Below, piece by piece: positions 23,612 through 32,749 of a DNA stretch of 64,000 nt. This DNA is from Bacilli bacterium. GTDB lineage: Bacteria > Bacillota_I > Bacilli_A > RFN20 > CAG-826. Positions within the stretch are counted from its first letter, which is position 1; each line of letters starts with the position of its first letter. The DNA lies in assembly GCA_045628045.1 (NCBI GenBank), contig JAZQOV010000006.1, positions 150,006 through 214,005 on the forward strand, written 5' to 3'. The notes beneath the pieces are model-generated. The model did no database searches, had not been told where the DNA came from, and saw nothing but the letters and a program-made list of their open reading frames with translations. The position numbers and the translations under genes are program-made.

Positions 23612-23687
23612 GGATCCTTGGTCTATCGGTTTATGATGCCTCCCTGTCACGGAGGCGAGACGAGTTCGACTCTCGTAGGATCCGCCA
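23612..23687 (+). tRNA. tRNA-Asp(GTC)
   Basis: GGATCCT/AGGATCC acceptor, CCTCC-CTGTCAC-GGAGG anticodon arm, TTCGA loop, encoded CCA. Confidence 0.95.
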
Positions 23688-23694
23688 GTATTTT

Positions 23695-23768
23695 GCAGGC
23701 GTAGTTCAGTGGTAGAACATCAGCCTTCCAAGCTGATTATACGGGTTCGATTCCCGCCGCCTGCTCCA
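23695..23768 (+). tRNA. tRNA-Gly(TCC)
   Basis: GCAGGCG/CGCCTGC acceptor, TCAGC-CTTCCAA-GCTGA, encoded CCA (one T-stem mismatch). Confidence 0.93.
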
Positions 23769-23801
23769 TTAGTTATTAATAGCTTATGCTATTGATATAA
23801 T

Positions 23802-23876
23802 AAGTAATTAGTTTAATCTGAGGTTAATGACCCCTGGCGACTCCGAACAAGATTTGGGGAACTAATTACTTTTTTT
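23802..23876. ncRNA. Putative small structured RNA or structured 3' UTR convergent with the 23866-24147 ORF
   Basis: 12-bp inverted repeat aagtaattagtt/aactaattactt enclosing a GC-rich core (CCCC/GGGG); TGaTATAAT at 23793-23801; T-run at the end. Confidence 0.35.
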
Positions 23877-24147
23877 CTTTCACTTTAATAAAATCGAGTT
23901 GAACATTATAAGGAAGTTTGCCTGAAAACAAATACTTAAAGTCTTCTTCTTGATTATGAATAATGTACATCGGTTGATTTTTGGTTGAATCAGGATTTGG
24001 ATCAATTTTCCAATTTAAATGATGACCTGATTTTGGTGATTTTGTCACTCTATGAAATTGATATTTGTCGCCATTCTCATCAACAATATAAGCAGGATGG
24101 CCACTTTTTAAATAAATTCGAAAATGTCGTCTAAAAACTCTTTTCAT
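23866..24147 (-). CDS. Small basic hypothetical protein, possibly PemK/MazF-like fold
   Basis: AAGGAG RBS; GHPAYIV...Y.F..VT.S pattern; start 24147 or 24156. Confidence 0.6.
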   Translation of the reverse strand: MKRVFRRHFRIYLKSGHPAYIVDENGDKYQFHRVTKSPKSGHHLNWKIDPNPDSTKNQPMYIIHNQEEDFKYLFSGKLPYNVQLDFIKVKEKK

Positions 24148-24299
24148 AAAAAACATAAGCTCCTTCAAAACAAATTAATAGACATGTGAGAAGAAGGAAT
24201 CACATGGTTTTTATGAATCCCAAATCATAATACCAAATTTTAATTAAAAATTAAATGTTTCTTGAAAGCATTTTTTTATTACTTTATAATAAAGAAATT

Positions 24300-25331
24300 A
24301 TGACACCTGTATTATGGTTATTACTATATTTAGTACTTGCAGCAATAGTCGTATTTTTAGCTATTAAACTTTCAGACTATGTTGATCTTTTAGATAAGAA
24401 AACAAAACTTTCAGGAGCTTTACTTGGAGGCATTCTTTTAGCAGCGGTAACCTCGTTACCTGAGCTTTTTACTTCTCTAACCGGAACAGTTATTCTTGGA
24501 AATAACCAAATGGTTTTAGGCAACATTATGGGAAGTGATTTCTTTGATATTGTTATTTTTGGTGTTGTTTATTTCCTTTTCTTTAAAAAAATAACTGAGG
24601 GAAAAGTTGGAAAGCAACATTATTACACCATTTTCTTTACAGCCTTAATGGTTGCTGCGGTTACAGTTGCATATTTTGTATTCCATAAACAACATTGGTT
24701 AATTGGCGGTTATTTTAACCCAATGTCAATTGCAATAATTGCAATTTATTGCATTTCTGTTTGGAAAACACCAAAAACTGAAGAAAAAGAGAAAGAAGAA
24801 GATACTTCAAAACTCACTGTAAAACAAATCTGGACTTTATTTGCAATTTGCTCGGCTTTATTAATTGCTGCATCAATCTTTGTCACAATAGTCACAGATA
24901 AAGTTATTAGCGAGGATGAAGGCTTTGGGTTTGGTGCCACCTTTGGTGGTTCACTCTTCCTTGGCGTTGCAACATCTCTTCCAGAAGTCACCGCTACCAT
25001 CGCTCTTTGCAAAAAGAAAAACTTTGATGCAGCTTATGGAGATATCTTTGGAAGTTGTGTTTTCAACATCATAATTCTTGCAATTGCTGATGCTCTTTCA
25101 TTTAAAGCAAGTACTCATTTATATCAAGTTGATGCTTCATCATTTATGTTAATTATTGGAACAGTCTTCGCACTTATTGTTTCATTAATTTCAATCATCT
25201 TTATTCGTTCAAAGAAATTCAAAAATAATATTCAATCAAGAATCGTCTTATATTCAATTGGAGCTTTGCTCATTGCTTCATATATCGCTTATCTAGTTTT
25301 ATCAAATATGGGCCTAGTTTTACCTTTCTAA
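24300..25331 (+). CDS. Sodium:calcium (CaCA family) antiporter
   Basis: Two alpha repeats TSLPE...GNIMGS / ATSLPE...GDIFGS; TTGAAA-17-TATAAT promoter 9 nt before ATG 24300. Confidence 0.9.
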   Translation: MTPVLWLLLYLVLAAIVVFLAIKLSDYVDLLDKKTKLSGALLGGILLAAVTSLPELFTSLTGTVILGNNQMVLGNIMGSDFFDIVIFGVVYFLFFKKITEGKVGKQHYYTIFFTALMVAAVTVAYFVFHKQHWLIGGYFNPMSIAIIAIYCISVWKTPKTEEKEKEEDTSKLTVKQIWTLFAICSALLIAASIFVTIVTDKVISEDEGFGFGATFGGSLFLGVATSLPEVTATIALCKKKNFDAAYGDIFGSCVFNIIILAIADALSFKASTHLYQVDASSFMLIIGTVFALIVSLISIIFIRSKKFKNNIQSRIVLYSIGALLIASYIAYLVLSNMGLVLPF

Positions 25332-25332
25332 T

Positions 25333-25926
25333 ATGTTTGAACTTTTAGTAGCATCCAACAATCAACACAAAATCCACGAATATGAAGAAATGTTCGCCGG
25401 TTTTGATGTAAAAATTCATTCTCCAAAAGAGCTTGGAATTAACGTTAATCCAGATGAAAATGGAGAAACTTATGAAGCAAACTCATTAATTAAAGCAAGC
25501 GCTTTAGCTGAGTTCACAAAAATGCCAATTATTGCTGATGATTCTGGTTTAAATGTTGTAGCCTTGGATAACTTCCCGGGAATTCATTCTTCAAGATTCG
25601 CAGATTCGTGCGGAGGAAATAAATTCGCTAATCCAGAATTAATTAAAAAACTTCTTCCGTTTGAAGATAAATCAGCGTTCTTTACATGTGTAATTACTTT
25701 AGTAAATGTTGAAAATAGTCCTGTTGTGTTCAAAGGAATTTGCCCTGGTAAAATACTTGATAAACCAGAAGGAGAGGGTGGATTTGGTTATGATCCAATC
25801 TTCTACTCAAACGAAGCTAAGATGTGCTTTGGAACAGCTCCTGAAGAAATTAAAAACAAATATTCCCATCGTGCTAAAGCAATGGAACAATTACTTAATT
25901 ATTTAAAAGAAAAGCATCTTATTTAA
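25333..25926 (+). CDS. rdgB: dITP/XTP pyrophosphatase (HAM1)
   Basis: ASNNQHK, ADDSGL, GFGYDPIF, SHRAKA. Confidence 0.95.
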   Translation: MFELLVASNNQHKIHEYEEMFAGFDVKIHSPKELGINVNPDENGETYEANSLIKASALAEFTKMPIIADDSGLNVVALDNFPGIHSSRFADSCGGNKFANPELIKKLLPFEDKSAFFTCVITLVNVENSPVVFKGICPGKILDKPEGEGGFGYDPIFYSNEAKMCFGTAPEEIKNKYSHRAKAMEQLLNYLKEKHLI

Positions 25927-25972
25927 AAACTTACTTTATAAAAAGTAGAAAAATGATATAATACTTCTCGCT

Positions 25973-26063
25973 GGAGTAGTACCCAAGAGGCTCAAGGGGA
26001 CGGTTTGCTAAACCGTTAGACCGGGTTACTGGTGCATGGGTTCGAATCCCATCTACTCCGCCA
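25973..26063 (+). tRNA. tRNA-Ser(GCT)
   Basis: GGAGTAG/CTACTCC acceptor, ACGGT-TTGCTAA-ACCGT, long variable arm, GCCA end. Confidence 0.96.
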
Positions 26064-26074
26064 TTAAAAATTTA

Positions 26075-26098
26075 AATAGCGCTAAGCGCTATTTTTTT
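26075..26098 (+). terminator. Intrinsic terminator after tRNA-Ser(GCT)
   Basis: aaatagcgct-a-agcgctattttttt. Confidence 0.7.
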
Positions 26099-26112
26099 AT
26101 ATAATAAGAACT

Positions 26113-27006
26113 ATGAAAAAGATATTTCCATTACTCTTATTCTCGTTAACCTTAACAGGTTGTGATTTTTCATTCTTTGCTCTAAAAGAGCAAGAAACCA
26201 CCACTCAAGATGATAAAGAAGATTCTGAAAATCATGATTGGATTATTTCTTATGATGATTATGGTGCGTTTTTAGGAAGAAGCGAAAACAACACTCAAGG
26301 ATTCGAGAACTACAATTATTTATCTTTTGAATTTGATGAATTTTCTGACTCAAACATTCAAAAACTTAACAATAAAGGAATTAAAACTTTTGCATATTTA
26401 AATGTTGGTTCCTTAGAAGAATATAGATCTTATTACAATGATTTTAAAAATATCACCATAGGTGAATATGAAAACTGGGAAGATGAAGCTTGGATTGATG
26501 TTTCAAATTCTTCTTGGCAAAATTTCATCGTTAACACCATTGCTAAAGGTTTTAAAGATCGTGGAGCATTTGGAGTTTACATGGACAATGTTGACGTCTA
26601 CACTGTCGCTAAAGAAAGTAGACTTAATTACTCAAGCTATGCTTCCGGACTTAAAAATATTATTAAGGGAGTCTCTGACCTTGGATTAAAAGTTATGATT
26701 AATGGCGGATCAGAATTCCTTGATGATATGAACGATAAAAATGATGATATTTTTGATTCTATTTGGGGTTATCATCAAGAAGAAGTCTTCTCACTTATTG
26801 AAGATTACGACAAGAATATTTTCGGAAAACAAACAGCTGAAGATAGTGAATATTACAAAGAAATTGCAAGTATGATGGCAAATAAAGGTAAAAATATGTT
26901 TTTACTTGAATACACAAAAGACGAAAATTTAGCTCAAACAATTAAACAATATTGTGAAATAAATCATTACCATTTCTACATAGCAAAAAGTATCGAACTT
27001 GATTAG
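26113..27006 (+). CDS. Lipoprotein, GH114-like endo-alpha-1,4-polygalactosaminidase
   Basis: LTGC lipobox; AYLNVGSLEEYR, YENWEDE.WID, GVYMDNVD, LLEY. Confidence 0.8.
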   Translation: MKKIFPLLLFSLTLTGCDFSFFALKEQETTTQDDKEDSENHDWIISYDDYGAFLGRSENNTQGFENYNYLSFEFDEFSDSNIQKLNNKGIKTFAYLNVGSLEEYRSYYNDFKNITIGEYENWEDEAWIDVSNSSWQNFIVNTIAKGFKDRGAFGVYMDNVDVYTVAKESRLNYSSYASGLKNIIKGVSDLGLKVMINGGSEFLDDMNDKNDDIFDSIWGYHQEEVFSLIEDYDKNIFGKQTAEDSEYYKEIASMMANKGKNMFLLEYTKDENLAQTIKQYCEINHYHFYIAKSIELD

Positions 27007-27091
27007 TAAAAATATTTTTTAAAAAATTTTTTACTCTTTTTTTACGCTGTGTAATAATATAGGTGCTTTTATAAATAAAGGAGGAATATTG

Positions 27092-27760
27092 ATGGATAAA
27101 ATAAAAACAACCGATTTATTTGAAAAAAGCAACATCGATTATATCGATAACTTTGTATTTTCAAAGGAAAACCCTTGGGAATTGCTCAAAGATATAAAAG
27201 ATTACGTTATGTCACTTATATCAAAAGGAATGGAAGGTTTTACCTTACTTGATAAAGATGTTTTAGTTGGTAAAGATGTTAAAATTGCAAAAACTGCAAC
27301 AATCATCGGACCAACAATCATCGGCAATAACGTTGAAATTAGACCAGGAGCTTATATTCGTGGTTCAGTCATTGTTGGAGATGAATCTGTAGTTGGTAAT
27401 TCTTCGGAATTAAAGAACGCAGTTTTAATGAGGCACACACAAGTTCCACATTATAACTATGCTGGAGATTCAATTCTTGGAAACTATGCTCACATGGGGG
27501 CAGGTTCAATTCTCTCAAACCTTAAAAGCGATGGCAAAAACATTGTTATTCATGGTGAAAAAGAACACGAAACCGGTTTAAGAAAAATCGGCGGAATTCT
27601 TGGAGACCACGCTGACATCGGATGTGGTTCAGTTCTTAATCCAGGAACAATCGTTGGTAAAAATACTCAAGTATATCCATTAAGTATGCTTAGAGGCGTC
27701 TATAAAGAAAACTCAATTGTAAAATCAACCAAAGAAGTTGTAAAAAAGGAGATCAGATAA
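27092..27760 (+). CDS. Hexapeptide-repeat acyltransferase (GlmU C-terminal-like, no nucleotidyltransferase domain)
   Basis: IRPGAYIRG, ELKN, VPHYNYAGDSILG, GSVLNPGT. Confidence 0.85.
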   Translation: MDKIKTTDLFEKSNIDYIDNFVFSKENPWELLKDIKDYVMSLISKGMEGFTLLDKDVLVGKDVKIAKTATIIGPTIIGNNVEIRPGAYIRGSVIVGDESVVGNSSELKNAVLMRHTQVPHYNYAGDSILGNYAHMGAGSILSNLKSDGKNIVIHGEKEHETGLRKIGGILGDHADIGCGSVLNPGTIVGKNTQVYPLSMLRGVYKENSIVKSTKEVVKKEIR

Positions 27761-27761
27761 T

Positions 27762-28484
27762 ATGAAAATTGTAGTTAACAAAGAAGAAGTCATCTCAAAG
27801 ATGATCGCAGAAGATTTTATTAATGTTGTACTTAAAAAACCTAACGCAGTTTTAGGTTTAGCAACCGGAACTTCACCACTTGGCGTTTACGCCAACATGG
27901 CAAAAGCTTGCAAAGAAGGCAGAGTTTCATTTGCAAAATGTACTTCATTCAACCTTGATGAATATGTTGGCCTTGAAGGCACACATAATCAATCATACAG
28001 ATATTTCATGAACGAAAATCTTTTCAACCACATCGATATTGATAAAAAGAACACAAACGTTCTTCTCGGTGTTGGCGATTACAAGAAATTCATGAGTGAA
28101 TACGATGGCATGATTGCAAAAGCAGGCGGAATAGATATTCAAATCCTTGGCATTGGTTCTGACGGCCACATCGCATTTAATGAACCAGGTACACCATTTG
28201 ATTCATTAACACATGAAACTGCACTTACTGAACAAACTATCAAAGATAATTCTCGTTTATTTAACGATATCAGCGAAGTTCCAACACGCGCAGTTACAAT
28301 GGGACTTAAATCAATCATGAACGCTAAAAAGATCGTTCTTATCGCTACAGGCAAAAATAAAGCAAAAGCCGTTTACGGCTTAATCAAAGGTCCTATGACC
28401 GAAGATATGCCTTGCTCAATTCTTCAAAAACATAACGATGTCACTGTTTATGTTGATGAAGATGCATATTCACTTTGTAAATAG
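27762..28484 (+). CDS. nagB: Glucosamine-6-phosphate deaminase
   Basis: LGLATGTSP, FNLDEYVG, GHIAFNEPG. Confidence 0.96.
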   Translation: MKIVVNKEEVISKMIAEDFINVVLKKPNAVLGLATGTSPLGVYANMAKACKEGRVSFAKCTSFNLDEYVGLEGTHNQSYRYFMNENLFNHIDIDKKNTNVLLGVGDYKKFMSEYDGMIAKAGGIDIQILGIGSDGHIAFNEPGTPFDSLTHETALTEQTIKDNSRLFNDISEVPTRAVTMGLKSIMNAKKIVLIATGKNKAKAVYGLIKGPMTEDMPCSILQKHNDVTVYVDEDAYSLCK

Positions 28485-28489
28485 TGTCA

Positions 28490-29365
28490 ATGAGTATTCT
28501 AGAAATTAAGCAAATAACTAAAAGTTATCCATCATTCAAATTAGATGATGTTTCTTTTAGCATTGAAGAAGGCTCCATTTGCGGTTTTATTGGCCGTAAT
28601 GGCGCAGGAAAGACCACTACTTTAAAAGGAATCATGGGTCTCATTCATCTTGATGGAGGTGAGATTCATGTTTTCGGACACAATATTCTTGAAAATGAGG
28701 ATGAAAATAGACAAGATATTTCGTTTTCTCTTTCAGAGCTTAATTATTTTACCGAAGTTAAAATTGGTAAATTAACCGAAGTCACAAAACGTTTCTACAA
28801 GAACTGGAATGACGAAACATACGAGAAAATCTGCAAGAAGTTTAATCTAGACCAAAATAAACGTGTTAAAGAACTCTCAAGCGGAATGAAAGTTAAGTAT
28901 GGACTTGCTGTCGCTTTATCGCATAAAGCAAAGCTTTTAATTTTTGATGAGCCAACAAGCGGACTTGATCCAGTAAGTAGAGACGAAATTTTAGACATTT
29001 TTAAATCTGTTGTTAAAGATGGACAAAGAAGCATTCTTTTCTCCACTCATATTACTTCAGATTTAGAGAAATGCGCTGATCATATTGTCTATATTAGAAA
29101 TGGCAAAATTGTCGCTTCTAATACAAAGGATGAATTTATTAATTCATACAAGACAGTTAATGGCGAAGTTGCAGAACTTGAAAAAACTAAAGAACTATTA
29201 ATCTCCTACAAAGTAGATGGAGACAAATTTGAAGGTCTTGTGAAGAAAGAAAATGTTTCTAAACTTGCAAAATCTTTGAAGACTTCAACACCAGCTTTAG
29301 ACACAATTATGGTTTATGAAGATAATATAGGGGAGGAAATTAAAGATGAAGAATTTGATTTTTAA
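28490..29365 (+). CDS. ABC-2 type transporter ATP-binding protein
   Basis: GRNGAGKTT, LSSGM, DEPTSGLD. Confidence 0.93.
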   Translation: MSILEIKQITKSYPSFKLDDVSFSIEEGSICGFIGRNGAGKTTTLKGIMGLIHLDGGEIHVFGHNILENEDENRQDISFSLSELNYFTEVKIGKLTEVTKRFYKNWNDETYEKICKKFNLDQNKRVKELSSGMKVKYGLAVALSHKAKLLIFDEPTSGLDPVSRDEILDIFKSVVKDGQRSILFSTHITSDLEKCADHIVYIRNGKIVASNTKDEFINSYKTVNGEVAELEKTKELLISYKVDGDKFEGLVKKENVSKLAKSLKTSTPALDTIMVYEDNIGEEIKDEEFDF

Positions 29366-30011
29366 AGAATTTAAACTCTCCGTTCATCCATTAACTTACT
29401 TAATGATGATCTTAATTTCCCTTTCTTCCTTATCAGGACTTGGACCTTCTTATCCATTAATGTTGTTTGGTGTTTTCTACACATTTTTATTCATTGGAAT
29501 AAAAAAGGGAGTCACTAATAACGATTTATATTATTCACTTCTACTCCCAGTAAGAAGAGAAAAGGTTGTCTTAGCAAGGGTTACTTCCACCACATTTTTA
29601 CAAATTCTTTACACTGTGATGGTTTTTATTACATGTGTTCTTGCAAAATTTATTCCTCAACCAAATCCGGTTCCATCCATTGGAATTGAACAATCATTTG
29701 TTTATATAGCAATTGCATTAATCAACTATACAATTTTTGATTTTGTTTACTTTCCTTGGTTTTACAAGAAAGGTAAAGAAGTTATCTGGAACATGCTTGT
29801 TGGAACTATTGCTTGTGCAATAGTAACAATAGGTTTGTGCATTGGTTTAGCGGTTATTCCAGGTGTTAAAGATGTTTTAACAATTGGAAGTCCTAACGCT
29901 AACTATTTAATTCAAATTGTGATTTTAATACTTGGAATTGCTATTTACATTCTTGGCAAGTTTTTACTTGTAAAAATCTGCACAAAAGAAATTAAGAAAT
30001 TGGACTTTTAA
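29346..30011 (+). CDS. ABC-2 transporter permease
   Basis: MKNLIFKEFKL, LLPVRREKVVLAR, six TM helices. Confidence 0.85.
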   Translation: MKNLIFKEFKLSVHPLTYLMMILISLSSLSGLGPSYPLMLFGVFYTFLFIGIKKGVTNNDLYYSLLLPVRREKVVLARVTSTTFLQILYTVMVFITCVLAKFIPQPNPVPSIGIEQSFVYIAIALINYTIFDFVYFPWFYKKGKEVIWNMLVGTIACAIVTIGLCIGLAVIPGVKDVLTIGSPNANYLIQIVILILGIAIYILGKFLLVKICTKEIKKLDF

Positions 30012-30012
30012 T

Positions 30013-30453
30013 ATGATTCAAAACGGCATAAATAAAGAATTTATTAAAAAAGACAAATCTCATACACAAAAGATTGTTAAGTTAACAATCATGTGCATGG
30101 TTTATAAAGATGACGGATCTTTCTTAGTGGAAAACCGCTTAAAGAAAGATTGGCCAGGTTTAACTTTCCCTGGTGGTCATGTCGAAGATAATGAATTCAT
30201 CACTGATGCTGTTATTCGTGAAATGAAAGAAGAAACTGGTTTAGAAGTCTCCAACCTTGAACCTAGAGGTTATATTGAATGGAATGATTTTGGAGATAAC
30301 GTAAGACACCTTGCAATGTTATTTAAAACAAAATCATTTAAAGGGACTTTAAAATCATCCAAAGAAGGTAAAATCTTCTTCATAAGAGAAGAAGATATTG
30401 AAAAATATCCTCTTTCAAATGATTTTTTAGAAATCTACAGAAAGTTAAAATGA
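30013..30453 (+). CDS. NUDIX hydrolase (MutT-like)
   Basis: PGGHVE...REMKEETGL Nudix box. Confidence 0.92.
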   Translation: MIQNGINKEFIKKDKSHTQKIVKLTIMCMVYKDDGSFLVENRLKKDWPGLTFPGGHVEDNEFITDAVIREMKEETGLEVSNLEPRGYIEWNDFGDNVRHLAMLFKTKSFKGTLKSSKEGKIFFIREEDIEKYPLSNDFLEIYRKLK

Positions 30454-31268
30454 AGAAAATAATACTTTTGTTGCCGCTACTTTTAGTTAGTTGCAAAGAA
30501 AAATATGAAGCGCCAACCTTCACCATTTTTAGCATTCAACCACTTTATGATGATTTAAAAGAAAGAACAGATTCCTATATGGAACTTCCTTTAGATATTT
30601 CATCACAAGCTGACATTCTTATTAATGGATGCGAAAAATTAAAAGAAAATGCTTCAAATGTTACTTTTCCAGAAGAAAACAAAATTTGTAATAAGCCTTT
30701 AACTAAAGAATTAGTTTCTTCTTTTAAGAAGAATTCCATCATCGTTTTCCAAAATCATGGATTTTACGACGAAGAACATCACTCAATAATCGCAAGTGGA
30801 GCGTATTATCCTTGGGGTGAAGAAAGCGAAGATTATTTAATGGATGTGAATGAAGGAAGAATTATTGATTATTTCGGCTCCATGACTGGAGAATGTTACA
30901 CATCAAAATGGATTGATAAATATTGTCCAAATATTGAAGGCTCGATTGTATATTTAGATTGTTGCTATTCAACATTTGATAATACACTTGCAAACGCCTT
31001 TATTAATAAAGGCGCAAAAGCAGTATTTGGTAACTCAACATATGTTATGATGAGATATGGCGATTTAATGTGCAATGAAATTATTCAAAGTTTAGGACAA
31101 GTAAATCCTAAAACAAATAAATATTTCACTACAGGAGAAGCACTTCAAAAAGCAAAAGATAAATATGCTGAAAACCAAAGAATCATTTATGATTATGATC
31201 CTGTAGAGGAATGTGAAGTTCAGTTAGTTGGTTCACAAGACTATAGAATCTCAGAACAAAAGTTTTAA
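30450..31268 (+). CDS. Lipoprotein with a putative clan-CD (caspase/gingipain/CHAT-like) peptidase domain
   Basis: LVSC lipobox; IVFQNHG, VYLDCCYS, FINKGAKAVFG. Confidence 0.6.
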   Translation: MKKIILLLPLLLVSCKEKYEAPTFTIFSIQPLYDDLKERTDSYMELPLDISSQADILINGCEKLKENASNVTFPEENKICNKPLTKELVSSFKKNSIIVFQNHGFYDEEHHSIIASGAYYPWGEESEDYLMDVNEGRIIDYFGSMTGECYTSKWIDKYCPNIEGSIVYLDCCYSTFDNTLANAFINKGAKAVFGNSTYVMMRYGDLMCNEIIQSLGQVNPKTNKYFTTGEALQKAKDKYAENQRIIYDYDPVEECEVQLVGSQDYRISEQKF

Positions 31269-31295
31269 AAAAAGACCAGTCAAACTGGTCTTTTT
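31268..31295. terminator. Bidirectional intrinsic terminator
   Basis: aaaaaagaccagt-caa-actggtcttttt. Confidence 0.8.
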
Positions 31296-31307
31296 ATTAA
31301 TCTTTGA

Positions 31308-32735
31308 TTAATATGCTCTTGCGAAGAAGACAACTTTCTTAGCAGGTTTTCCGCATACTGGGCACTTTGTATCAAATGGGCTTTGATCAAATGGTAAGCA
31401 ACGAGCAGTAGCTTGATAAAGTTCTTTAATCTTAACTTCACATTCTTGTTCGCCACACCACATAACTTTTGCATATCCACCACGATCAAGAATTTCTTTA
31501 AGTTCATCAAGTGAATGTGCTTCTGTTGTGTGATCAAGTAAATACTTGAATGCTTTCTTATACATTTCGTCATGAATAACATCAAGTAAACGAGCAGCTT
31601 CTTTCACTACGTCTTTGTCGTTAACAGTAACTTTGGTTCCATCATTACGTTTTGCTAAGACTGCAACGCCTGCGCCAACATCTCTTGGTCCGATTTCCAC
31701 TCTTAGTGGAATACCTTTCATTTCATGTTCAGCAAACTTCCATCCTGGAGATCTATCTGAATCATCTAATTTAACTCTAATTCCAGCCTTTGCTAAAGCA
31801 TCTCTATATTCGATTGCTTTCTTCATAACATCTGGATTCTTTTGCATAATAGGCACGATCACAACTTGTGTAGGTGCAACTCTTGGTGGGAGAACAAGGC
31901 CATTATCATCACCATGAACCATAATAATTGATCCAAGAAGTCTCGTTGAAACACCCCAAGAAGTTTGATGTGGAGTCATAAGCTTTTGGTCTTTAGATTG
32001 ATAAGAAATACCAAATGCTTTAGCAAATCCATCGCCAAAGTAGTGAGTTGTACCACTTTGAAGTGCTTTTCCATCTGGCATTAAAGCTTCAATAGTATAA
32101 GTTTCTTTTGCACCAGCAAATTTTTCTTTATCAGTCTTAATACCTTTAACAAATGGAACTGCTAAAAGTTCACGACCCATTTCATCATAAATCTCAAGCA
32201 TACGAAGAGCATCTTTTCTTGCTTCTTCTTCTGTTTCATACATAGTATGACCTTCTTGCCAAAGGAATTCTGATCCTCTTAAGAAAGGACGAGTTGTTTT
32301 TTCCCAACGGACAACGCTACACCATTGGTTATAACGTTTTGGAAGGTCTCTATAAGATTCGATAATATTTTTGTAGTGTTCGCAGAATAAAACTTCACTT
32401 GTTGGACGAACAATAAGTTCATCATCAAGAGTTGTTTCTCCGCCTTTAGTACAAATTAAAGTTTCAGGAGCAAAACCTGAAATATGATCTTTTTCCTTTT
32501 GAAAAAGACTTGCAGGAATAACCATAGGCATATAAACATTTTCAACACCAACGCCTTTAAATTTAGCATCTAAATAATGTTGAATTTGCTCCCAAATGGC
32601 ATAGCCATATGGGCGATAAATAATAAAACCTTTAACGGATGAATAATCCATTAATTCGGCTTTTTTACATACATCTGTGTACCATTGAGCAAAGTCTTGC
32701 TCTTGAGTGGTAATTGCATCATTCTTAATATCCAT
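31308..32735 (-). CDS. proS: Proline--tRNA ligase (archaeal/eukaryotic type with C-terminal Zn domain)
   Basis: RPTSE, QWCSVVRWE, EFLWQEGHT, TSWGVSTR, C-terminal ARAY. Confidence 0.97.
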   Translation of the reverse strand: MDIKNDAITTQEQDFAQWYTDVCKKAELMDYSSVKGFIIYRPYGYAIWEQIQHYLDAKFKGVGVENVYMPMVIPASLFQKEKDHISGFAPETLICTKGGETTLDDELIVRPTSEVLFCEHYKNIIESYRDLPKRYNQWCSVVRWEKTTRPFLRGSEFLWQEGHTMYETEEEARKDALRMLEIYDEMGRELLAVPFVKGIKTDKEKFAGAKETYTIEALMPDGKALQSGTTHYFGDGFAKAFGISYQSKDQKLMTPHQTSWGVSTRLLGSIIMVHGDDNGLVLPPRVAPTQVVIVPIMQKNPDVMKKAIEYRDALAKAGIRVKLDDSDRSPGWKFAEHEMKGIPLRVEIGPRDVGAGVAVLAKRNDGTKVTVNDKDVVKEAARLLDVIHDEMYKKAFKYLLDHTTEAHSLDELKEILDRGGYAKVMWCGEQECEVKIKELYQATARCLPFDQSPFDTKCPVCGKPAKKVVFFARAY

Positions 32736-32749
32736 AAATAAATCTCCTT

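Noticed and set aside
23851-24227. 5'-3' fold-back pairing (GATTTGGG / CCCAAATC) of the small ORF mRNA
   Set aside because: Only 8 bp, and the 5' copy lies mostly upstream of the predicted transcription start.
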